A DNA stretch of 63,197 bases, filler included, from Chiloscyllium plagiosum (GCF_004010195.1; 5 parts of 2 records of this genome joined end to end with filler, not necessarily neighbours in it); one strand, 5' to 3'; positions 24,946 to 39,019 are shown, numbered from the whole stretch's first letter. The notes: generated by a model from the sequence alone, not told the origin. A program made the numbers and translations.

Positions 24946-26260
24946 CAGGTTTGATGGTTTGACATAGCCCTCTATGTTAATACTCTAATGTGTCAGGTGA
25001 TTCGTATTGGAAAGGTTTACCAGTACTCCAAGCTTATCAACTGTGTAGGTTTTAAAAATAATTAACTGCTCACAGCACCTCTGTACACTCCTGAGGGCAT
25101 TATTGCTTAGATTTTCCAATACATACCTCATCTTTCTGCAGCAAATTGTCTTCCGATGTGTTGAGAGTGTGTTTCATGTTGGCACATAAAGTACAATATC
25201 TGTAAATTTCTTAGAGACTTGTGCACATGACTACCACAAACCAATCAAGTAATTATTCACCGCTTTCCAGGACTTCTTCTCACTAAGGATATGAATATGA
25301 AGTCATACAAATGTACAGCATGAAAACAGACCCTTCAGTCCAACCTGTCCATGCCGACCAGGTATCCCAACCCAATCTAGTCCCACTTGGCAGCACCTGG
25401 CCCATGTCCCTCCAAACCCTTCCTATCCATATACCCATCCAGATGCCTTTTAAATGTTGCAATTGTACCAGCCTCCACCACTTCCTCTGGCAGCTCGTTC
25501 CATACATGTACCACCCTCTGCGTGAAAAAGTTGCCCTGTAAGTCTCTTTTATATCTTTCCTTTGTGGAAGGTGGATAGGGGTGGGGAGGGAAATATATCC
25601 CTGGTGGTGGGCTTTTGCCCGTAACGTCGATTTTCCCGTTCTCTGGACGCTGCCTGACCTGCTGTGCTATTCCAGCACCACTCTAATCTTGCCTCGTGAT
25701 GCAGTGACTAAAAGGGAAATGTCACGCTGCTCCAATAGAGGGCACTCTATTTGGGGAGAGCAGACACAGCTAAACCTGCATTGAAATACTGTCCGAGGTA
25801 TGCGAATGCTTGAAGGTGGAACTAGCATTGTTTCCCCCGATGAATGCACGTCTTTGCAAAAGAGGTAGCAATAGGCTTTTTAAGCAGAGCCGCATGCTAG
25901 GACCAATCAGAATGCCGGAACATTGTTAGACCTGCAGGTTTATTGATGGCAATCTCGATTTTTCCCCATTACAGCCCCCACAGATAAGTTTGCATTCTCT
26001 TGCACCCTGTATTGATATTGGAACTGACTGCAGCATTGCACTCTTAAGTCTCTGTTTGTGTCTATGCAGAGACCCACCCAGCCTGTCAGAGTAATTTTGG
26101 ATCCTCCAATAATCCCGACGTGCCTGATTTTTCTATTTTGGGGGAGGGGGGGAACACGACCCGGAAAGCTCAGGTCTTCCAGTATCCCAGCATGCCTGGA
26201 TCTCCTTTGGACGGGGTTGGGGGAGAAACCCTTAGGTCTTCCAGTATCCCAGCATGCCTG

Positions 26261-26360
26261 NNNNNNNNNNNNNNNNNNNNNNNNNNNNNNNNNNNNNNNN
26301 NNNNTTAATTAATTAANNNNNNNNNNNNNNNNNNNNNNNNNNNNNNNNNNNNNNNNNNNN
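26261..26360. other. Artificial 100-nt scaffold spacer
   Basis: 44 N + TTAATTAATTAA + 44 N. Confidence 0.97.
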
Positions 26361-26470
26361 TGGATTCAGGGGTGGGCGGTGGGGATTTGTACGTGGATTC
26401 AGGGGTGGGCGATGGGGATTTGTACGTGGATTCATGGGTGGGCGGTAGGGATTTGTACGTGGATTCAGGG
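26361..26470. repeat. 33-bp minisatellite at a scaffold start
   Basis: About 3.3 copies of tggattcaggggtgggcggtggggatttgtacg. Confidence 0.9.
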
Positions 26471-26499
26471 ACGGGAGATTTGGAGAATTGCAACATTGG

Positions 26500-27770
26500 A
26501 GATTTGCAACAATCTTGCACAAAAAGGCTTGTAAAGATTGTCCTAACAATTACAGATCAGTCGGTTTGTCAGTGGGAAAATTTCTAGAAACAATTATGCA
26601 GGGTAGAATTAATACTCACGTGAAAAAATGTGATTGATTAGAAGAATCAGCATGGAAAATCACGTCTAACTAATTTGTTGGAGCTTTTTGAAGAGATAAG
26701 AAAGAGAATTGAGGGAGGGCTGTTGATGCAGTTTACATTGACTTCCAAAAGTCGTTTGATATTGTGCCACACAGACTTGTGAGGAAAATTATAGGGCCTG
26801 GAATGAGAGGGACAATAGTAAGATGAATTCAAAATTAGCTGCGGAATAGCAAACAGGGTCTAATGGTTAATGGGTATTTTTCAGGCAGGTAGTAGAGTTC
26901 GCCAGGGTTGGTATTTGGACACTTGCTTTTGCCAGTTACATATGAATGATCTAGCTCTTGCTATGCTCGGGGACAGTTTCAAAATTAGCAGAGAAAACTT
27001 GGGAGAATTGTTACCTCTGAAGTGGATAGTTTAGAATTTCAAAAAGACAGTTACGCAGTGCAGAGAAGTATGAGGTATCACACTTTGGTAAAAAGAACAT
27101 GAGACAGTACAAAACAAAGAATACTGTTCTAAAGGTTGTGCAAGATCAAAGAGAACATAAGTCATTAAAGGTGACAGGACAGGGAGAGAGAACTGTTAAT
27201 AAAGCATACAGTTTTCATAAATAGGAGTATAAGAGAGAAGAGCAGAGAGCTTATGATGAACTTGTTTAAGAAAATGACTAGACTTCAGCTGAAGTATTGT
27301 GTACGGTTCTGGGTGCCACATTATGGAAAGGATGTGAATGCAGTGGAGACATTTGCAAGAATAGTTCCAGGGATGAGACACTTCAGATATGTGGAAGATT
27401 GAGAAGTTGGGACTGTCTTCCTTGGAGATGACCTGGCCAAGAGAAGATCTGAAAAATTTCAAAATCATGGGTCTAATTTGAGAGTATAACCGTGCTCACC
27501 TATAAGCGGACGAAGAATCAGAGGGCACAGTTTTAAAGTATCCTGCAAAAGAAACAAATGCAAGGTGAGAAAAGATTTTTCACACAGTGAGTCGTTAGGA
27601 TCTAGAACATGCTTCCTAGAGTGTAGTGGAGGCAGCCTGAATTGAGGCATTCAAGGACATTGGATAATTGTTTAAATATAAACTATTTGCAGGGTTATGG
27701 GGAAAAGGCAGGAGATTGACACTAAGTTAAATTGCACAGACGGCTGTTGCAGACATGATAGGCCGAATGA
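26500..27770 (+). mobile_element. Old degenerate CR1 RT and 3' end
   Basis: Remnants of QHG..KSRLTNLLELFEE, DFQK, LKYCVRFW and a CR1-type 3' UTR, with many frameshifts. Confidence 0.75.
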
Positions 27771-30700
27771 ACTGCATTCACATCCTTTCCATAATGTGGC
27801 ACCCAGAACCGTACACAATACTTCAGCTGAAGTCTAGTCATTTTCTTAAACAAGTTCATCATAACCTCTCTGCTCTTCTCTTATGCTCCTGTTTATGAAA
27901 ACTGTATGCTTTATTAACAGTAACAGCTCTGTGATTCTGTGCTGTAAAAGAAAGAAATAGACTCAGGAGTTTGCACTGACACCGTTGAGCCTGCTCTGAT
28001 TTTTTTTATAAAATGATACCTGAATTTCTACATCAGCTCTACTTTCCCACCTGATCCCCCTCAATACCTGAAACTTTCTCCTCATCCCAGTCCTAAATGG
28101 CTGACTATTTGTACTTAGATATTACCTCTAGTTCTGGACTCCATGCATAGAAATAACATCTCAGCATCTACCTAGTCAACCCCGTGGAATTTTACGTTTC
28201 CACAAGATCGCCTCTCACTTTTGTAACTTCAAGCATGCCAATTCCACACAATCTCAGGACAGCCATTTCCTCCCAAGGATCAATTTTTGATGCATCTTCT
28301 TTGCAGCAATGATATAGTTCCTTGAGTAAGGAGTCCAAAACTGTACTCAGTGGTCTAGGTGTGCTTTGACTTAAAGCCATGTGGATTTGTAGCTTCATTT
28401 TATCAGTTTTAGACACAAACTCCCCAGTTCACCATAAAGATTCACATACCATTTGCCTTCCTAATTAGTTACTTTACATGCATGTTCACTTTCTGTGATT
28501 TGCAAACAAGGAAACCCAAATTGAATCCCAACAATCATTGAAAAGATACTCCGCTTTTCCATTCTTCCTGCCAAAGTGGATAATTTTACACTTCCCATGT
28601 TATATTCCATCAGCCATCATCTTACCCAGTTACTCAATTGGTCTGTTTTCCTGTTCCATAATCCAATCGCACGTAGACTTCTGTCAGCTTTTAAAAAAAA
28701 TAAATCCTGGATTGGTGAAATAAATATTGAAATGCATACAACTATTCCAAATGAAAGACCAATGTTTGATTGCTCCTTTTAGATAGATGGTTGTGTACAG
28801 AAATGTTAAGCTGTCTATGTTTCCAGCAATTTCTGCTTTTATTTCAGTGAGCATGCAGGCTCCCTCAATCATTTTAATTCAGCAGCTTTCTGACTGTAGC
28901 ATTACCAACTCTGGAAGTTTTATCACATGATCGCATCACCATCCCATCTTACACAGTCCCAACCCAAATAATATTTGTTATAACAAAGAAAATACTCAAA
29001 AAAAAAAAGTAATAAAATATAATGCATCTCTGAACTTGCTACTAGTTTGGTTGCAGCAACATCCAGAAAACTAACGTTAACTTCGAGAGATTCCAATAGA
29101 GTCCTGGAATATTAGCAATGCCACAGGGTTATGTCAGCCATTTCTGATAACTGATTGAGAAATCACAGCTGATAGTTGCAATTCTTTGGGAAATTTTAAC
29201 TCAGTTGGCATTGTCATTAGAGACTCCCAGTGGTTTGTTTAAGTAATGTATTGATCTCGGTTAGTGGGCCTTTCTTTTAAGAGTTATAGAGTCATGCAGC
29301 ATAGAAACAGGCCCTGCAGTCCACCATGTCAATGCTGATCAACAAACACCAAACTATATTAATCTGGTTTGTCTACACAAGTTGATGGCTTACTATGCTC
29401 TGGCAATTTTAAGTTCTGGTCCAGATGCTTCTTGAATGTTGCAGAAGTGCTTGGCTCCACTACCCTCTCAGGCAACATACTCCAGAAACGTCTGCCATGG
29501 AGAAAAGATTCCCGTGGTCTACCCTATCTATGTCTCTCATAATTTTTATACCTCAATCAGACCTCACCTCAGTTTCCTCTGCTCCAGGAAAACAGCCCAG
29601 TCTCTCCTCATGACAGAGACTTTCCATCTCAAGCAACATCCTCGTGAATCTTCTCTGTACCCCCTCCACTGTAATCAAGTCCTTCTAATAGTGTAACGAC
29701 CAGACTGCACACAGTTTTCCAACTGTGGCATAACTAATGCTCCATAATGTTGCAACAAGATTCCCCAACTCTTATAATTCTGTGTCCCAACTCATGAAGG
29801 CAAGCATCCCATGTGCATTCCTGTCTACCTGTGCTGACACACCAAGGTCCCTTTGTTCCAAAGTGCTACTTAGGGATCTACCATTCATTATTAACTCTGC
29901 TCGTTGCACCCTTAAAAAATTCAGTAGATTTGCCAAGTGTGATTTCCTTTTTGTAAATCCGTGCTGACTCTTTCTGATCCTGTCACTGTTTTCCGTGTAC
30001 TCTGCTATTAAAGCTTTTGTAATGATCTCTAGCATTTTCCTTACTATCAATGTCGGCTAATTGGCCTTTAATTCCCTATTCCCTCTCGACCTCCTTTTTA
30101 AGCTAATGGGGTTGCATTAGCTGGTTGCATTAACTACCCTTTAATCCATAGGAACTGTCCCAGAGTCGATTGAATCTTGGAAGATGATCACCAATGCATC
30201 CACTATTTGTTGGACCACTTCCTTAAGTACTTAGATGTAGCTTATTGGTCCCTGAAAAATTACCAGTCTTTAATTTCAGCAACTAGTCCAACGCTCACTA
30301 ATACTGGTTTCCTTCAGTTGCTCCCTCTGACTCGACCCTGTGCTTCCCAACATTTTTGGGTTTTTATTTGTGTCCTCCTCTGCGAAGACAAAGCCAAAAT
30401 ATGTATTTAGTTGATAAGCTGTTTCTTTGTTCCCTATGATAACTTTCCCTGTTTCTGACTGTAAGAATTGTACATTTGTCCTCCCTAATCTTTTTTCTTC
30501 ACTTACGTACAGAAACTTTTACAATTGCTTTGTATGTTTCCCATAAGTTTTCTCTCATACTCTACTTCCCCATTCTTAAACCAATTCCTTTGTCCTCCTT
30601 TGTTAAAATTTAAACTGATGCACCGATCTACTGGGTTTTTATTTGGCCAATTTGAGTGCCATTTCCAAATCCCTAATTTCCCTTGTTAGCCATGGTCGGG

Positions 30701-32983
30701 CCACCTTTCCTGTTTTACTTTTGTGCCACACAGAAATGAACAATTGTTGCAGTTCATCCATGCAGTCTTTAAATGTTTTCCATTTTCTGTCCACCATCAT
30801 CCCTTTAAAATGTCCCCCAGTTTATCATAGCCAGCTTGTGCCTTATGCCATTGTAGTTTCCTTTGTGACCCTCAACTGAGAATCAACCGCATCACTTGCA
30901 ATTTTAATGGTGAATTTTATTATATTATGGCTTCAGCATGCTATGACTTAGTCCCCATGACATATTGCCTCGGAGTGTCTGTGATGCAGTGAATCAACGC
31001 ATCTGCGCCACAGTACATTGCAACACCTATGTCACTGCAATCAGAGCAACAATGGCTGCCATCCCTATGAAATAATCTAGCATTGAAAATTTACGAATCC
31101 CACAAAACAATTTTTCCTTATTGAAAAGTAATTAAACTCCAGTGCCTGTATCTTGGACAGGTTTGAGCTTTGATCTTGCATTGATTTAAGTGCAGTCATA
31201 CTTTAGCAGTAGAATATTGCATTATTCATTTCAGGCCATGAAGCTCACATTATTATTAAACATTCTATATTAGAAAACATATTGTTCAACTCACCATGAG
31301 TCATCCTAATATTAATGTTCATGTCTGTTTTGGGGGCCAACTAGGTGTTTCACAGTTTGTTGTCTAAGTGTTTCTATCTTGCTGTTTCATTCTTGTTGTC
31401 AACTATGGCTTCTCTTTCCAAAATGGCGATTGTGCTGTTGAGACCTTTGCAGTAGTCAGTGAATTGCAAGTTAAACACAGGGCTTGGTTTGGTACAGCTG
31501 AGGTTGTACCAATGGTACTTGAATGGGAAGTGGGATGGAGGATGGCAAATTGGTCAACAAAATACCAACATTTATCCCTAAGACAGAAGTTGCAGTATTC
31601 CTTTCATCATCTACTAGCTTGTTTCTACTTCTCTGCAAAATCAATCCAGCCAGTGATAACTGAATATTTTCATTGGTAATGAATTACTGTAGTTTTTAAA
31701 TGTTTTTAAAAAGTAACAATTAAGATACTGATAAAAATTTAAAAGCCTAGCAAAAGTATGTGAATGTCAGGTTGCTGCCATTCCTAGTCAACTTCCAATG
31801 CAGTCTCAGATGGCACATGAAGAATAACCATTTGGGAGTGAGGCCACCTGATACTTTAGAAGCTGTATCCCAACAAGACTCTGTACCTTCAGAGGAGGTG
31901 TAAAAATTATTTCTGTCCGAAGATTTTGTGAAAAGATATGTAAATTGCATCAAATGGTGTCCTTCAGATTAGTGCTTCTCTCTCTGATTATAGTAATTTG
32001 TACAGTGTCAAGTTATAGTTTACAATCTATTCCTATTAATTCAGTCATTGTTTATTTGAACAAAGTTCACAATTTCTTGTAGTTCAAATTAATATTAGAA
32101 GTGAAGTGGAACAGCAAGCATTTTTTTGCTGAGAGTGACATGCAATCCAAATTCAGATGTACATTGCTCCTTTTTTGTTGCTGGGTCAGATTTATGGAGT
32201 CTCCTACTTAACAGCACTGTCGGAACTCTTTCACGTAGATTGTAGCCATTCAAGTGAAAGCCTACAGTCACCTTTTTAAACCAAGTAACAGCGCTAAGAG
32301 GAATAGACTGTATTGCTGTAGATTCTGATGGTAAACAGCTAACTATATTACACTGAAGTGCAAAACATTGCGAGGCAAAGGAATACTGCAACTTTGACAA
32401 TTTTTTGCAAAAATAAAAAGTTGTTCCATTCGTGAGAAGAAACATAGATAAAGGATGCCAGCAAGCTGCCTTAAATGCATCTGTGCAGTTTATATTTTGT
32501 GCAATTTGAAATTAGGATTAGCATAGTGTTTCAAATGAATTCTATCTAATTCTTCTCTCTGTTATAAAGCTTCAACATAAACAAGATCTTTTACCCTTTT
32601 TTAAACTGGCTTCACTTTGAATACTGTGTGCTGGTGACACTTTCTAGACTCACTTTTTGGATGTGCTTGCACCCTGCAAGATGTGAGTGCTTGGATTTGC
32701 ATCCGTAATCTCTCCACACAGTAACTGTCTAATCTTGATTAGCGCATTTGTGAGAGGCAGTAAGTGGGGAGAATTACTGTGAAAAAATAGTACATAAATA
32801 GGCAGCATGCCTCACTGTGAGAGTGAAGGAGATACCTTAAGAATGAAATGGGTGAAAAGGAGGTCAAGTGTTTTATAGTTAGATCATTCTTGTATTTTTG
32901 CATTACATTTTAAGTTTAGATTTTTATTTTAAAAACCTGGGTCATCTGCATGCATTATTATTTAAAAGAATTTCTTTCCTTAG

Positions 32984-33100
32984 ATTGATTCCATTGAGAA
33001 TTTCAACCTGTCCAATTCTCCATCTGGTGACGAGGTGAAATCACAGATATATTCTCGCTCTCGGTCGCCATCCACAGCAAGTGATATAGAACCTGTGGAG
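32984..33100 (+). CDS. CDC42BPA: CDC42BPA (MRCK-alpha) 117-nt exon of the variable region between the coiled coil and C1 domain
   Basis: Acceptor tttctttccttag, donor gag|gtgggt, phase 0/0. Encodes IDSIENFNLSNSPSGDEVKSQIYSRSRSPSTASDIEPVE, resembling the mammalian alternative segment ending SRSTSPSTSSEAEPVK (recalled). Confidence 0.8.
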
Positions 33101-34049
33101 GTGGGTATGTGGCAGTCCTTGTACTGTCTCCTTTTCAAAAAGAAAAACGCTTCTATAGTTTTTCCCTTGGCATCACACTGTTTGTAGCCAAGCATGCAGA
33201 GGCAAGCAACCTAATGCTGGTATTTAGCCACAGCTCTTCGCAATCAGTGACCCTGTCTCAGGAATAAAGATACTGTTCTCTTTCTCCTCTATCACTCGCA
33301 GCATCCTTCACAATGCGTGATTTCAACATTTGGTCAGCATCTGCTTGAGTGTTGAAATCAAAACTCATTGCACTGCATGCCGCAATTTGTTGTAGTCTAC
33401 CATCTCAAAACTAGAGCACTTTACCTCCCCTAGGCTTTGCTTCCTGTACTATCAGTAAACTTCTAAATCACATGCCTGCTATCAACTGTTATCTCATGTA
33501 CTGTGCTACTGTTTCTCACATTGTCTGTGTCCTGCAGTATAAAGTCTACTCCTTCAACTCTTGTTTTTAGCAAAGTAGCTTCACCAGAGAAAAAGGAAAC
33601 CATATTCTTTTAAATGTACTGGCAGATGCCCTCTTGGGTGGCTCAGAAGGAACACACTGTTTGATCAATTCCTTCAGGGTCAGTGTTAAAAAATGGGGGA
33701 ATCCAGGTAATTGCATAATTTATAATTGCATAATAATTGCTCAAAGGGCTATTGTATGTAGCCATCATTTCAAATTGCAAGTTCATTTAAAAAAATAATT
33801 TACAGCAAAAATGGCTTTTGTTGCCTCTAGTAGATTGGATATTCTCACCAAGGTAGTTTTATTTCATCAAAAATAATAAACCATGCTCCCTTTAATGCTA
33901 ATAAGAAGAATTAAACACAATGTTTGATCAAAATGTTGCCAAGAATAGTAAAATGACTGAAGATTGAGAGTATTTTGTAATTCAGCGAAAACGGATCAAG
34001 AAATTAATGAGGAATGGCAGTATGTAGATAGACTAGAAAGAAACATAAA

Positions 34050-35172
34050 ATAGAGAATAGGTGCAGGAGTAGGCCATTCTGCCCTTCGAGCCTGCACCAC
34101 CATTCATTATGATCGTGGCTGATCATCCTCAATCAGTATCCTGTGCCTTATCTCCATAACCCTTGATTCCGCTATCCTTGAGAGCTCTATCCAACTCTTT
34201 CTTAAATGAATCCAGAGACTGGGCCTCCACTGCCTTCTGGGCAGAGTATTCCACACACCTACCACTCTCTGGGTGAAGAAGTTTCTCCTCATCTCTGTCC
34301 TAATTGGCCTACCCCTTATTTTTAAGCTGTGTCCTCTGGTTCGGCACTCACCCATCAGCGGAAACATGTTTCCTGCCTCCAGAGTGTCCAATCCTTTAAT
34401 AATCTTATATGTCTCAATCAGATCCCCTCTCAGTCTTCTAACCTTAGGGGTATACAAGCCCTGTCGCTCCAATCTTTCAACTTAAGATAGTCCTGCCATT
34501 CCAGGAATTGACTTCGTGAACCTACGCTGCACTCCCTCAATAGCCAGAATGTCTTTCCTCAAATTTGGAGACCAGAACTGCACACAATATTCCAGGTGCG
34601 GTCTCACCAGGGCCCTGTATAGCTGCAGAAGAACCTCTTTGCTTCTATACTCAATCCCTCTTGTTATGAAGGCCAGCATGCTATTAGCTTTCTTCACTAC
34701 CTGCTGTACCTGCATGCTTACCTTCATTGACTGGTGTACAAGAACACCCAGATCTCTTTGTACTGCCCCTTTACCTAACTTGACTCCATTTAGGTAGTAA
34801 TCTGCCTTCCTGTTCTTGCCACCAAAGTGGTTAACAATACATTTATCCACATTAAACTGCATCTGCCATGCATCTGTCCACTCACCTAACCTGTCCAGGT
34901 CACCCTGTAATCTCCTAACATCCTCCTCACATTTCACCCTGCCACCCAGCTTTGTATCATCAGCATATTTGCTAATGTTACTATTAATACCATCTTCTAT
35001 ATCATTAATATATATTGTAAAAAGCTGCAGTCCCAGCACTGATCCCTGCGGTACCCCACTGGTCACTGCCTGCCATTCCGAAAGGAAGCCGTTTATCACT
35101 ACTCTTTGTTTCCTGTCAGCCAACCAATTTTCAATCCAAGTCAGTACTTTGCCCCCAATACCATGCGCCCTA
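34050..35172 (-). mobile_element. Young 5'-truncated CR1 LINE
   Basis: ORF 34482-35243: SGVPQGSVLG..LFTIYIND...KYADDTKLG...RPHLEYCVQFWSP; continues in ORF 34107-34472. Confidence 0.95.
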
Positions 35173-36495
35173 AGAAGCAAAACTAAATTATCAACCTTTC
35201 TATAGATAAATGAGAAGAGTAGTGAAAACAAATGTGGGCTCATTAGGGGCAGAAACTGGTGAAATAAAAATGACGAACTGGGGAATTAAAAAGGAACTTG
35301 CTACTTGTCTTCATGGTGGGTACATAAACATTCTAGAAGTAATGGCAAACCAAAGATCACAGTGAAAATGAAAAATCTTTTTAAAAGTCTGACTGTTAAG
35401 AAATAGTAGTGAAAAATTAATGAGTGGCTTCCTACAGTTATCCAGGGCTTTGATAAGACCACACCTGAAAAAGCACACACAGTGTTGGTCCCCATTGGGA
35501 TGGACAATAAATACTAACACAGCCAGTGACCCCACACTCCATGAATGATTTTGTTAACTAATTTAAGGAAGAATGTATTTGCTTTAAAGATGGTACACAA
35601 GGGGATCACTAGATTGGTCCTGGAATGAGAGGATTGCCCAATGAAAGGAGGTTGAGTAAAATAATCTCGAGATTTAAGAAGACTCAAAGGTGATCCATTG
35701 AAATATGCAAGGTATTCTGAAGAGGCCTGATAAGGTAGACAGACACAGAGAAGTTGCATCCCTTCGCTGGAGAATCAAAAACAACGCAGAGTCTTGGAAC
35801 AAGGGAACAAGGGATCTATCTTTTAAAACGAAAATGAGGGAACATTTCTCCACTTAAAGAATTGTGTGAATTTTTTTTAAATTTGTCTACTGCAGAGGGT
35901 TGGTGATTGCCCAATTGCTGGAAATACTGGATGAGATGAACAGATTTTTCATGTCTCAAGAATTATTAGGAAAGATGGGATAGTGAAGTTGAAGCTCAAG
36001 ATCAGCCATGATCATATTGAATGGTAGAGCAACTTGGTGGGTTGTTCCTGTTTCTTATGTTCTAATGCAGAAAATTAGCCACATCATGTTGAGTGGCAGG
36101 ACCAACTCTGCTATTTTTAATGTTCTTCTGGCCACCTCGTGTTATAGGATGCATGGTTATTTTTTACCTTTTGGGTGGATTTTGCACAATATAAATATCT
36201 ACCAGTTCTGAGTGAAGTGCACCTAATCTAAGGAATTCAATCAGATGGTTTTCCCTATTCTTAGGTCCAGAGGAGTTGGATGAATGATTTAGGCATAGGA
36301 ACACTTGCACACAACAGATTTTTTGCATTTTGATACCATTACATTTAATGTTAACCTCCTGGAAAGGAACAATAAGTTGAAGGAGAACATTTCACCAGTT
36401 GTGAAGGAAGTAAGATGTTTGTACTGTCTGATTAACCCTAATTGATTATTCATCCCAGTAATTGAAACTAATCATCTTTATCTGAACTTGAATAG

Positions 36496-36576
36496 GGAAC
36501 TGACAATCCTCAACGTACAGTACTGACGCCGACTATCAGGTCCTCCTACAGTGGTTCCAGTGTCTCAACCCCAAAG
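36496..36576 (+). CDS. CDC42BPA: CDC42BPA 81-nt exon preceding the C1 domain
   Basis: Acceptor aacttgaatag, donor aag|gtaatg, phase 0/0. GTDNPQRTVLTPTIRSSYSGSSVSTPK aligns with the recalled human TVDSTPLSVHTPTLR...FPPK and splices in frame to the C1 exon. Confidence 0.8.
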
Positions 36577-37215
36577 GTAATGCTCTCTATAACTTCAGAT
36601 AGCTGTGTTCTCCAAGGATTAGACTTGAGCTCCTTTATAAACTTAATGCATTTGCCCCCTCCCTACACCACCTTCTCCCCTCCACTCTCACTGCTAGAGA
36701 CTGATCTTTCTTTCTGACCTCTAGGTAGAAACTGTAGGAACTAACCAACCTCCTGGGTGTCAGTTCGTTGGGAGATTTCCTTGTTATCAAGGCATTTTTC
36801 TCTGATTAGGCTTTACTCTGCATGTGAGGTTAGAGGTGGACAGAAGTCGATCCACAAATGCATAAACTTTGCATTGAAACTCTGATTTGTAAAGGTACAG
36901 TGTGAATACTAAATACATTTTTTATGCAACCCATCTGTTTAAATAAATGAGCACATGACTGCTTTAAAAAGATTTGCACACCACTTTTTTTCAGTATTTG
37001 TCCATTAATCTTTGCACAGATGATTTGGAGGAAGACACTCCTTTGAACTAGTAATCCATATTTAAAGGAGTGTTGATGACAGCAAAGGATTGGATTATTT
37101 CTCCATGACAGCATGTGTTATCCAGCAGCTACCAGTGTGAGCAATGAGCATTAAATGCCATTCAGAGTTCAACGACTATCGATGCTTACTATAAGGTTTT
37201 TTTTCTCTTTTACAG

Positions 37216-37321
37216 CCGAAGGCTCATCAGTTTGTCGTGAAATCATTTAACACACCAACAAAATGCAATCAGTGCACATCTCTGATGGTTGGCCTAGTCC
37301 GTCAGGGCTGCACTTGTGAAG
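37216..37321 (+). CDS. CDC42BPA: CDC42BPA exon encoding the first half of the C1 (DAG/phorbol-ester) zinc finger
   Basis: Acceptor tttttctcttttacag, donor g|gtgaga; 106 nt = [35 protein letters not shown], the MRCK C1 signature, closer to alpha (QGCxCE) than beta (QGYACE). Confidence 0.93.
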
Positions 37322-39019
37322 GTGAGAATAATCAATAGGTATGTCTTAACAGCCATTGCTTTCAGTGTCATTCAAGATGAGAATTACTTTGTCATTTCAA
37401 CATAATTAACACAATACTTTTGGGACTAATTTGGTTCAGTGTTAATCATGAGACTTTTTAAATGTAATATTGTTAGCTAAATTTTACAGTCCTCACTGAT
37501 TTTATTGGTTGATTTTGGTCTTGGCTCTGTATGAGTTGAACAGCAATACTGGCCTCTACCACCTCTTCACCCTATCATTATTGGCCAGGCTTCAGTCAGC
37601 TGAGCCCTTAATTCCCTGTAAATCTCTCCAATATTATCTCCTTTAAGACCATTCCTAAAACCAAGCTATTGAATATCCCTCTGAATATCCCCTTTAGTTT
37701 CATGTTGATTATGTTCCTGTGAAGCACCTAGGAACATTTTACCATGTTGAAGTTGCTGTGAAAATCTAAGTAGTTGTTAGTTGCCCAAGGTGAACAGAGT
37801 GAGCTTCAATAACCACAGACAAGTTTATGTGTCACAGTCTCCTGTCACAGATCATGTAGTTTTCCTATCGATTTAGGTTTTGCATCTTACCTAAACTGCT
37901 TCTTAATAATCAAAGAAACAGAGAACATCAGATTCAGATGCAGGAAACCTAAAATAATAATAGAAATTGTGGAAGAAACTCAGCAGATCTGGCAGCATCT
38001 ATGGAGAGAAAAAAGGCCTCCAACAGATGCTGCCAGACCTGCTGAGTTCCTTCAGCAATTTCTATTTTAGCTTCTTAATAAATTCTCTTTTGAGTTTCTA
38101 ACAACTGCTGAAGGTAATCCGTGATTCCCAAACCCTAAAACTTACACAGGGTCGGCATCACCATCAAAAGTAAATTTGTTTGGTGCCTTTTAGTGAATTT
38201 CCTGTGGGATAAACAAATGCCCCACTTCACCTTGCCAAGGAATCAGCTTGCAGCTGTCACCATATGCTGCTGTATTCCAACTCTTTACAGCAACAAAGTC
38301 AAAGAGGTATTCTACACCAACCTTGAACAAATCAGAGCTCAAGTCCCAATAAACAGAAAAGTCATAGAGTCATTTAGCATGAAACCAGACCCTTCAGTTC
38401 AACAAGTTCATTGTAATTTAGTGCTTCTCTGCCATATCTTAGAGCTTCAGTAGCAATGTTGTTATTTTCATTCAGGTAATCTGGATATTGCTGGCTTGTT
38501 CAGCATTTATGGCCCATTCATAGTTGCCCTTGAGAAGATGGTGGTGAGCTGCTGCCTTGAAATGCTACAATCCATTTAGCATAGGTACACCCACAATGCA
38601 CTTAGAGAGGGAGTTCCCTAACAGCATTGTGGGACTACAAATTGGCAAGAGTACATAAAATTTGAGGTACGTATAATTAGATTGGTGTGGGAGAATTGGG
38701 CTCCAATTCATGGAACACTGGCACCAGTAGTGGGAATAGAGAGAGTTTTTCAATGGGACAGACTTTAATTGAACCATACTAGGACTATTTTCCTACTGAA
38801 TCATATACTTGGGTTTATAGATAAGGATTTAAACTAATTAGTTGGGAGAGATTTGCTTGAAGAAACACTTAAAAATTAAAAAGAAATGAGGAAGCAAAGG
38901 TACAGAGTAGTAAAGAGGTGAACAATAATCAAAGTGTGACAAGAATAGGTAAAAGGTGAGGAGACAAGTGCGACAGAAATTAAAATCAGAATGATTCTTG
39001 ATAACAAAAAGTTTGTTTC

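Noticed and set aside
33302..33340. Possible 39-nt CDC42BPA micro-exon (HPSQCVISTFGQH)
   Set aside because: Good acceptor but no GT donor at the in-frame position; similarity to the mammalian 13-aa segment is only two residues.
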